Shown piece by piece: positions 44,656 through 51,745 of a DNA stretch of 64,000 nucleotides (position 1 is its first letter; the number at the start of each line of letters is the position of its first letter). The stretch comes from an uncultured Pseudomonadales bacterium (lineage in GTDB: Bacteria; Patescibacteriota; Microgenomatia; UBA1400; CAYNMC01). Below the pieces are notes generated by a model, which was given only the letters and a program-made list of their open reading frames with translations, was not told where the DNA came from and ran no database searches. The stretch covers positions 7,812 to 71,811 of the forward strand of contig CAYNMC010000037.1 in assembly GCA_964398365.1 (NCBI GenBank), read 5' to 3'. A program made the position numbers and the translations under genes.

Positions 44656-45620
44656 CTGTCTAATAAAATTAATCTTAATAAAGCCATTCTAGTATATAAG
44701 CCGTTTCTCATTTGCGAAAAATAAACAGCTCGAGGATCATTATCTATTTCCTCGGCAATTTCACCCACTCGAGGAAGTGGATGCATAATAATCATTTTCT
44801 TTTTGCTTTTTTGCAGAATCCTTTGGTTAATAATAAAGCTATTTTTTAATTGCTGATAAAGCCTCAGTTTACCTTTCTGTTCAAACCATTCTTTCTGAAC
44901 GCGAGTCACATACAAAACATCGGTTGAAGATAAACATTCCTCTAGATTTTCTGTCTGGTGAATTTTTACCTGTTTGTTTTTAAGCCACTGACTTTCTAAA
45001 TTTGGCAGTTTCAAAACTTTTGGCGCCACGAAATTCATGGTTAAATTTTTGGCATAATAAGTCAAAAGTTTGGCTAGGGATTTTACCGTTCTGCCATATT
45101 TCATATCGCCTACAAAAGTAATATTTAAACCTTGCAAATTTGAGAAGTGCTGAATTAAGGTATAAAGATCTAAAACGGCTTGGGTGGGATGTTCTTTGGT
45201 GCCGGAACCGGCATTAATTATGGGAATCGAAGCATATTTGGCAGCAATCTCACTGGCATCATCAGCCGGGTGTCGTAAAATAAGTAAATCGGCTGCCGTG
45301 GTTTGTTCGACAGTTCTGACGGTATCGGGTAAACTTTCACCTTTAACCGCCGAAGAATAAGCCTGCATTCCATGAATAGGAATAACTTTGGCACCCAGAT
45401 GAAGGCCGGCAGCCAAAAAAGAAGTATAGGTCCTGGTAGATGGTTGGTAAAAAAGTTCCACTAAACAAAAAGTTTTCAAATCTTTAATTATTCTTCTTTT
45501 TTCAATTTTTTCTTTCATTTGATCAGCTAGAGTAAAAATTTTATCCAATTCTCTTTTATGGCTAAATTGTTCGACGGAAATAAAATCTTTATGATAAAAA
45601 TTATTATTCAATTTCTGCAT
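44652..45620 (-). CDS. pyrB: aspartate carbamoyltransferase catalytic subunit
   Basis: STRTYTSF...HPTQAVLD...HPLPRV. No pyrI gene is adjacent. Confidence 0.9.
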   Translation of the reverse strand: MQKLNNNFYHKDFISVEQFSHKRELDKIFTLADQMKEKIEKRRIIKDLKTFCLVELFYQPSTRTYTSFLAAGLHLGAKVIPIHGMQAYSSAVKGESLPDTVRTVEQTTAADLLILRHPADDASEIAAKYASIPIINAGSGTKEHPTQAVLDLYTLIQHFSNLQGLNITFVGDMKYGRTVKSLAKLLTYYAKNLTMNFVAPKVLKLPNLESQWLKNKQVKIHQTENLEECLSSTDVLYVTRVQKEWFEQKGKLRLYQQLKNSFIINQRILQKSKKKMIIMHPLPRVGEIAEEIDNDPRAVYFSQMRNGLYTRMALLRLILLDR

Positions 45621-46458
45621 TGTTATCTAAATGATTAATCTCTTCTTTTATTTTTTTTGCCACGGCCGCTGGCTTTTTGGCAAAAATCACCATGCGCGAA
45701 GCGTTAACTAAAATATTATTTTTTTCTTTATTAATGATGGGCCTTAAATCCTTTACTTTACCTCCCTGCGGTCCTAAACCGGCTATTAAAATCAAACTCT
45801 CGTTTCCCGCAATTTGCCTAATTCTTTTTAAGTCTAAAGGATAGGTTAAAGGTCCCTCACAAAAAACATTACCGTTTTTATTCCAGTGATTGACAACTAA
45901 ATCAGTCACATATTCATAAAGTTTCATTTTTTGCTTTCGCTGCTTAATTACCAAATCTTGAATCTCACCGGCGCTCGGATTAGAATCTTTACACAAAACA
46001 AAAACGCCCTTGTCCCGGTATTTAAGATAAGGTTCTATCGTATCAAAACCAAACCAGGGAGTTACTGTTAAAGCATCAAAATTAAATTCTTCAAAAATCT
46101 CCCGCGCGGCTAACTTGCCACTTCTTTGCATCTCGCTGCGCTTACAATCAGCGATTAAAGGAATTTCAGGATAATTTTTCTTAAGGTAGAAAGTCGTCTC
46201 AGCTAAGGCTTTTAAACCTGATAAGCCATAACCGGCATAAAAGACTAAATTTAATTTAAAAGCAGCAGCAAACTCCGCGGTATCCTGAACAATTGAGCGG
46301 TTAAATAAAAAAATTCCCTCCCGGGGACCATATCTTTTAAATTTTAAAGGAAGTTTAGCAAAGTCAGAATCTAAGCCGACACATAACAAGGAGTTAATTT
46401 TTTCAATTCTCCTTCTAATTTTTTCTTTAAAGGTCAGTGTGTCGATAATGTTCTTCAC
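45604..46458 (-). CDS. second, diverged OMP-decarboxylase-family paralog (type-2 PyrF-like)
   Basis: LCVGLDSD...FKLNLVFYA...IADCKRSEMQRS (canonical DxKxxD becomes DxKxxE)...AGLGPQGG...NASRMV. The GTG start overlaps the upstream gene by 32 nt. Confidence 0.7.
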   Translation of the reverse strand: MKNIIDTLTFKEKIRRRIEKINSLLCVGLDSDFAKLPLKFKRYGPREGIFLFNRSIVQDTAEFAAAFKLNLVFYAGYGLSGLKALAETTFYLKKNYPEIPLIADCKRSEMQRSGKLAAREIFEEFNFDALTVTPWFGFDTIEPYLKYRDKGVFVLCKDSNPSAGEIQDLVIKQRKQKMKLYEYVTDLVVNHWNKNGNVFCEGPLTYPLDLKRIRQIAGNESLILIAGLGPQGGKVKDLRPIINKEKNNILVNASRMVIFAKKPAAVAKKIKEEINHLDNNAEIE

Positions 46459-47242
46459 TAATTGTGTGTCCTAAATTTATTGCTTTTGCTCTTAAATCAG
46501 CCGCGGTGATTCCATTTGCTGGTGGTATATGAATTTCTTCAGGATTAACTTCTATACCTTGCGATGCTATCGCCCTTGTTTTAAGAGGATTATTAGTAAC
46601 TAAGCGTATATTTGTAGCTCCTAATTGTTTTAAAATCTCTCCGGCAACGGAAAAATCACGACATTCTGAAGGCCAGCCGGCTTTTTTATAAGCTCGATCA
46701 GTATCAATTCTCGCGTTAGTTTCCTGATCACGGCGTTGGACAATTTTTCCCTCTCTCCATTCAAACATTTCATTTAATTGAACAACCTTCCCCACCACGC
46801 CATTCCCTCGTCCTTCCTGAGCAAGATAGATAATTACACCACGCCTTTCTTTTTGAATTTGTTCCATTGTTTTCTGAAGTTCTGCTAGGCATTCACAATT
46901 AATGGCGCCAAAGGTTTCGTTGGTTTGACAAGCAGAATGAATTCTTACGAGAATACCCTTTGGCAATGAGTCTTCTATCTTAAAATTGCCAAAAACTAAA
47001 ACTTCATGATAAACCCCGCAAGTTAAATCAACAAAGATAATATAAGTCCAGTCACCCCTCTCGGTAGGTAAAGGAGCCCTAATCAATTCCTTTACCAAAG
47101 GTAAACCCTGAGCCTTTAATTCTTTTTTCCTTCTTGCTATTGTCTGCCATGGCACTAAAATTTTTTCAATTATTTCCTCTGTTTTTTCATCAACCCCCGA
47201 CGGTATTTCTCCAATATTTTTTATTAATTCAGGTAATCCCAT
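46427..47242 (-). CDS. divergent GTP cyclohydrolase II (RibA)-like protein with an N-terminal extension of about 50 aa
   Basis: VRIHSACQTNETFGAINCECLAEL keeps the three zinc Cys. RRGVIIYLAQEGRGNG and ECRDFSVAGEILKQLGATNIRLVTNNPLK are also present. There is an insertion of about 17 aa where RibA has the IRAYALQ segment. Confidence 0.7.
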   Translation of the reverse strand: MGLPELIKNIGEIPSGVDEKTEEIIEKILVPWQTIARRKKELKAQGLPLVKELIRAPLPTERGDWTYIIFVDLTCGVYHEVLVFGNFKIEDSLPKGILVRIHSACQTNETFGAINCECLAELQKTMEQIQKERRGVIIYLAQEGRGNGVVGKVVQLNEMFEWREGKIVQRRDQETNARIDTDRAYKKAGWPSECRDFSVAGEILKQLGATNIRLVTNNPLKTRAIASQGIEVNPEEIHIPPANGITAADLRAKAINLGHTISEEHYRHTDL

Positions 47243-47247
47243 ATTTT

Positions 47248-47274
47248 AAAAAAGAGCCGTCGTCAGCGGCTCTT
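47248..47274 (-). terminator. terminator/attenuator hairpin ending 5 nt before the ATG at 47242
   Basis: The minus strand reads aagagccg-ctgacga-cggctctt followed by more T residues, then aaaatATG. The stem has 8 bp. Confidence 0.6.
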
Positions 47275-47343
47275 CAACTTTGCTTTAAAAGCAAAAACAA
47301 GGATAATCTTAAGGTTTAATTCTTTTTTAGTTTTTTGCTCCAT
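47263..47343 (-). CDS. candidate 26-codon leader ORF (MEQKTKKELNLKIILVFAFKAKLKSR)
   Basis: The ATG follows the U7 run of the upstream hairpin directly. The TGA stop lies in the loop of the downstream terminator hairpin. There is no clear Shine-Dalgarno sequence. Confidence 0.2.
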   Translation of the reverse strand: MEQKTKKELNLKIILVFAFKAKLKSR

Positions 47344-47370
47344 AAAAAAACCCAGCATTTAGGTTCTGGG
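47344..47370 (-). terminator. hairpin plus U7 downstream of carB
   Basis: The minus strand reads cccag-aacctaaatg-ctggg followed by ttttttt. The stem is short at 5 bp. Confidence 0.45.
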
Positions 47371-47375
47371 ATTTT

Positions 47376-47405
47376 ATCCTACCAAAAAGCTTAAAGGTTT
47401 GTCAA
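47376..47405 (-). promoter_or_regulatory. possible promoter TTGACA-18-TAGGAT between the carB stop codon and the first hairpin
   Basis: On the minus strand, TTGACA is at 47405..47400 and TAGGAT at 47381..47376. Confidence 0.3.
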
Positions 47406-47429
47406 GTTCCAAATTTTATCTTTATGAGG

Positions 47430-50400
47430 TCAACGATATTCATCCCAACTTTTAATCTTTAAATCAGTAAGTTTTTTTTGACTCATTGCTTTGGTAAAAG
47501 TGATCGCATTTTCTAGATTGGTAATTAAAGGAATATTAAAATCAACCGCTTTTCGACGAATAAGATAACCTTCATAACTTGCCGATTTTGACGGAAAGGT
47601 AAAATTTCTTTTTCGACTAATGTTGATTACTAGCTCCACTTGCTTATTTTCAATCAGTTCAAGAATTTGAGGTTTTTTTCTCTCTTTAGATTTATAAGCT
47701 TTAATAATTTTTAAGCCATTTTTAATTAAAAAATCAGCGGTACCAGGAGAAGCATAAAGGCAAAATCTTCGAGCAAGCATTTTTGCGCTCTTTAAGAATA
47801 AATTTTTATTCTCTTTACCTCCTAAGCTTAATAAAATTGATTTTTTGGGCAGTTTTATGCCAGCGGCTAAAACAGATTTTAAATAAGCCTCATAAAAATC
47901 TTCACCCAAAGCAGCAATCTCACCAGTAGAAGCCATTTCCACCCTTAAAACAGGATCAGCACCCCGAAGTCTGGTAAAGGAAAACTGGGGAGATTTAATT
48001 CCCAACCACGATAAATTAATCTCCGGATAAACTTTAAGTTTTTTGCCAAGCATGGCGGCAATTGCCAAGTCGACAAAATTAATTTTACTTACTTTCGAAA
48101 CAAAGGGAAAAGAACGGGAAGCTCTTAAATTACATTCAATTACCATAATTTTATTATCTTTAATCAAATACTGAACGTTAAAAGGACCAGTAATCTTTAA
48201 AGCACTGCTGATTTTTTTAGTAATTTCTACCAATCGCTTCTGGAGAGAATTGGTTAAATAGTAAGGGGGAAAAACCAAAGTAGCATCGCCGGAATGAACA
48301 CCGGCATTTTCTATATGTTCAGAAATTGCCTGAATAATAACTTTACCTTTTTGGGCTACTCCATCAACATCAATTTCTTTAGCATTCTCAATAAATTTAC
48401 TTATCACCAGAGGATATTTTCGGGAAACAACCAGACTTCTGAATAAAAATTTTTCTAAATCTGATTTTTGCTGAGCCACAAACATTGCTGTTCCAGATAA
48501 AACATAGGAGGGTCTTACAAGGACTGGAAAACCAATTTTCTGAGTATAAGCAAAGGCTTCTTCTTTGTGACTAAAACTTTGCCATGGAGGTTGAAAAATT
48601 TTCAAAGAATCCAAAAGTTGAGAAAATTTATGGCGATTTTCTGCCTTATCAATTGCGCTTGCTGGTGTTCCCAAAATGGGAATTTTAAGTCTAGTTAACT
48701 CTTTCGCAAGATTATTGGCAATTTGACCACCAAAGGAAAGCACTAAAGCATCCGGTTTTTCCAACTGGCAAATATCAGCAATTTTCTCAAAAGTTAATTC
48801 TTCAAAATAAAGTTTATTGCCAATATCAAAATCGGTAGAAACGGTTTCGGGATTACAGTTAACCATAATCGTTTGCCAACCAGCCTTCAGCAAAGCCCAC
48901 GCTGCATGAACCGCACACCAATCAAATTCCACTGAAGAACCAATACAATAGGGACCAGAACCAAGAATTAAGGCTTTTTTCTGCTTGTTTTTTAAAAAAT
49001 TAAAATCGTGTTTCCCTTGTTGGTAACTTAAATACAAATAATTAGTCTTAGCGGGAAACTCCGCGGCGACCGTGTCTATCTGTTTCACTTTTGCGAGAAT
49101 TTGTTTTTTTTGTCTTATTTTTCTAATCTCACTTTCTTTCCTCTCCCATTTCTGGGCTAAATATTCATCAGAAAAACCCAAAATTTTAGCTTTTTTAAGG
49201 AGCTGAGAGTTAAAAATGCCGATCTTTTTATCAAAATTAACCAACTCCTTAATCTGCTGCAAAAACCAACAATCAATAGCGGTAAGTTTATTAACAATTT
49301 CAATGGTTACTCCTTTACTCAGGGCTGCCGCAAGCGCAAAAAGCCGTTTGGGAGTAGGCTCCTTTAATTCTTTTTTAAGTTCCCTTAAACTTTTGTTTTT
49401 AAACTCACGATAAAAAGAATCCAACAACCCATTTTGGTTGATACCCAGCATTCTGATTGCTTTTTGTAGGGCTTCGGGAAAATTGCGCCCTAAGGCCATC
49501 ACCTCACCCACGCTTTTCATCTCCGTACCTAAATTTTTGCCAACTTCTTTAAATTTTTCTAAATCCCAACGGGGAACTTTAAGGGCCAAATAATCCAATG
49601 CTGGTTCAAAAAAAGCTGTGGTTTTTTTAGTAATTTTATTTTTTAATTCAAAAAGCGAGTAACCCAAAGCAAGTTTCGTCGCCACAAAGGCTAAAGGGTA
49701 ACCGGTAGCCTTAGAAGCTAAAGCAGAAGAACGAGATAAACGAGCATTAACTTCGATAATCCGATAATCAAAAACACGAGGATTAAGGGCAAACTGAATA
49801 TTGCACTCGCCCACGATACCCAAATAACGAATAAGTTTGATGGCCAAATTCCGCAAGGTTTGATATTCAAAATCATTTAAAGTTTGAGAAGGAGCCACCA
49901 CAATACTTTCGCCGGTATGAATTCCCATCGGATCAAAATTCTCCATGTTGCAAATTGTTAAACAATTATCATCCTGATCACGAATAACCTCGTATTCGAT
50001 TTCCTTCCAGCCTCCAAGGTATTCTTCAATTAAAACTTGAGGACTAATTGATAAAGATTTTCTTAACGCTTCTTTAAACTCCTTCCGGTTAGTCACCAGT
50101 TTAGAACCCAAACCTCCCAAGGCAAAACCAGCCCGCAAAATTGCAGGAAAACCAATCTTTTCAATTGCCGGAATGCCTGCTTTTAAATTACTAATGGCAA
50201 TACTTTTTGGTGTCAATAGATTCGCTTTTTTCAGGCAATCTACAAAAAACTGTCTGTCTTCGGTCTTTAGAATTGCTTCGATCGGCGTACCTAAAACCCG
50301 AACTTTAAATTTTTCAAAAACCTTTTCTTTCGCAAGTTGTAAACCGCAGTTTAAAGCCGTTTGGCCACCAAAACCAAGCAATATTCCCTGAGGTCTTTCT

Positions 50401-50657
50401 TTTTTGATAACTTTGGTGACAAAATCAGCCGTTACTGGTAGAAAATAAATTTTATCAGCCAATTTCGCCGAAGTTTGAATAGTAGCAATGTTGGGATTAA
50501 TTAAAATGGTTTCCAAGCCCTCTTCTTTTAATGCCTTTAAGCATTGAGAACCAGAATAATCAAATTCGCCGGCTTCACCAATTTTAATTGCCCCAGAACC
50601 AAGAACTAAAACTTTTTTAATTTTCAAATGGAAATTTCTTCTTACCGAGGAAATCAT
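47430..50657 (-). CDS. carB: carbamoyl-phosphate synthase large subunit
   Basis: 1075 aa with duplicated ATP-grasp halves (KKVLVLGSGAIKIGEAGEFDYSG and KKALILGSGPYCIGSSVEFDW). Confidence 0.95.
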   Translation of the reverse strand: MISSVRRNFHLKIKKVLVLGSGAIKIGEAGEFDYSGSQCLKALKEEGLETILINPNIATIQTSAKLADKIYFLPVTADFVTKVIKKERPQGILLGFGGQTALNCGLQLAKEKVFEKFKVRVLGTPIEAILKTEDRQFFVDCLKKANLLTPKSIAISNLKAGIPAIEKIGFPAILRAGFALGGLGSKLVTNRKEFKEALRKSLSISPQVLIEEYLGGWKEIEYEVIRDQDDNCLTICNMENFDPMGIHTGESIVVAPSQTLNDFEYQTLRNLAIKLIRYLGIVGECNIQFALNPRVFDYRIIEVNARLSRSSALASKATGYPLAFVATKLALGYSLFELKNKITKKTTAFFEPALDYLALKVPRWDLEKFKEVGKNLGTEMKSVGEVMALGRNFPEALQKAIRMLGINQNGLLDSFYREFKNKSLRELKKELKEPTPKRLFALAAALSKGVTIEIVNKLTAIDCWFLQQIKELVNFDKKIGIFNSQLLKKAKILGFSDEYLAQKWERKESEIRKIRQKKQILAKVKQIDTVAAEFPAKTNYLYLSYQQGKHDFNFLKNKQKKALILGSGPYCIGSSVEFDWCAVHAAWALLKAGWQTIMVNCNPETVSTDFDIGNKLYFEELTFEKIADICQLEKPDALVLSFGGQIANNLAKELTRLKIPILGTPASAIDKAENRHKFSQLLDSLKIFQPPWQSFSHKEEAFAYTQKIGFPVLVRPSYVLSGTAMFVAQQKSDLEKFLFRSLVVSRKYPLVISKFIENAKEIDVDGVAQKGKVIIQAISEHIENAGVHSGDATLVFPPYYLTNSLQKRLVEITKKISSALKITGPFNVQYLIKDNKIMVIECNLRASRSFPFVSKVSKINFVDLAIAAMLGKKLKVYPEINLSWLGIKSPQFSFTRLRGADPVLRVEMASTGEIAALGEDFYEAYLKSVLAAGIKLPKKSILLSLGGKENKNLFLKSAKMLARRFCLYASPGTADFLIKNGLKIIKAYKSKERKKPQILELIENKQVELVINISRKRNFTFPSKSASYEGYLIRRKAVDFNIPLITNLENAITFTKAMSQKKLTDLKIKSWDEYR

Positions 50658-51730
50658 TTCTTAGCAAAAAATTCTATTTTTTTTACAAATTCTTGAAACA
50701 CCCAAAGAGTATCGGTGGGACCAGGACAACCTTCAGGATGAAACTGGACTGCCATAAAAGGAAATTTTTGATGGATAATCCCTTCATTGGTACCATCATT
50801 TAAATTAACGAACCATTCCTGCCAGCCTCTTGGCAAACTCTTTTTTTCAACGGCATAACCATGATTTTGACTGGTAATATAGGCACGGCGTTGACCCACC
50901 AATAAAACCGGCTGATTAACAGAACGATGTCCATATTTCATTTTATAAGTTTTGGCACCAGCGGCCAAAGCCAACAATTGATTACCTAAACAAATTCCCA
51001 AAATCGGTAATTTTTTAAACATTAACTTTTGAATAAACTTAATGGTTTTTTTAAGAATTTGCGGATCTCCTGGCCCATTACTGATTACCACCCCATCGAT
51101 CTCACTGTCAATAAAATCGTAATCCCAAGGAACGCGTTTAATTGTTAAGCCTAAACGATAAAGAGCTCTTAGAAGTCCCATTTTGACACCGCAGTCTATC
51201 AGGAGAATTTTTTTATCACCATTTTTATAAATTATTGGCTTCCGACAAGAAGTTTCCCTTACCCAAGAGTTAGTAATTTTCTGCTTTAACTGCTCACCAA
51301 TCAAGCCACAAGTTGAAATTTTACCCATCATTGTTCCTTTTTCTCGCAGTCTTTGGGTTAAACTACGCGTATCAATTTCTGTTAAGCCGGGAATTTTATT
51401 TTCTGCCAAATATTGATCCAATGTCTTTTTGGCTTCTCGATGAGAAAGATCATTAATCAGCGAAGAAACAATTAAACCTCTAACTTGAATTTTTTCTGAC
51501 TCAAAATTTTGAATCATTTGCTTTTTAAACACGGGCAAGGGCACACCATAATTACCAATCAAAGGATAGGTAAAAGTAAGAATTTGGCCAGCGTAAGAAG
51601 GATCTGTGAGGCTTTGAGGATAACCAGTCATGGCGGTATTAAAAACTACTTCTCCTTCAGCCTCACCCACGTAACCAAATAATTTACCCACAAAAACCGT
51701 CCCGTCTTCAAGATACAAAGATCCTTGCAT
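50654..51730 (-). CDS. carA: carbamoyl-phosphate synthase small (glutaminase) subunit
   Basis: GICLGNQLLA...VQFHPE. Confidence 0.95.
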   Translation of the reverse strand: MQGSLYLEDGTVFVGKLFGYVGEAEGEVVFNTAMTGYPQSLTDPSYAGQILTFTYPLIGNYGVPLPVFKKQMIQNFESEKIQVRGLIVSSLINDLSHREAKKTLDQYLAENKIPGLTEIDTRSLTQRLREKGTMMGKISTCGLIGEQLKQKITNSWVRETSCRKPIIYKNGDKKILLIDCGVKMGLLRALYRLGLTIKRVPWDYDFIDSEIDGVVISNGPGDPQILKKTIKFIQKLMFKKLPILGICLGNQLLALAAGAKTYKMKYGHRSVNQPVLLVGQRRAYITSQNHGYAVEKKSLPRGWQEWFVNLNDGTNEGIIHQKFPFMAVQFHPEGCPGPTDTLWVFQEFVKKIEFFAKK

Positions 51731-51745
51731 ATTTTCGCGACGTTG

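Noticed and set aside
47344-47375. A PyrR-binding anti-antiterminator loop (consensus roughly ARUCCAGAGAGGYU) in the pyr leader, matched by aaaaucccagaaccu.
   Set aside because: There is only a loose resemblance (UCC-CAGA), no pyrR gene is in the window, and the hairpin context differs from Bacillus-type attenuators. It is kept only as an alternative explanation in the leader finding.
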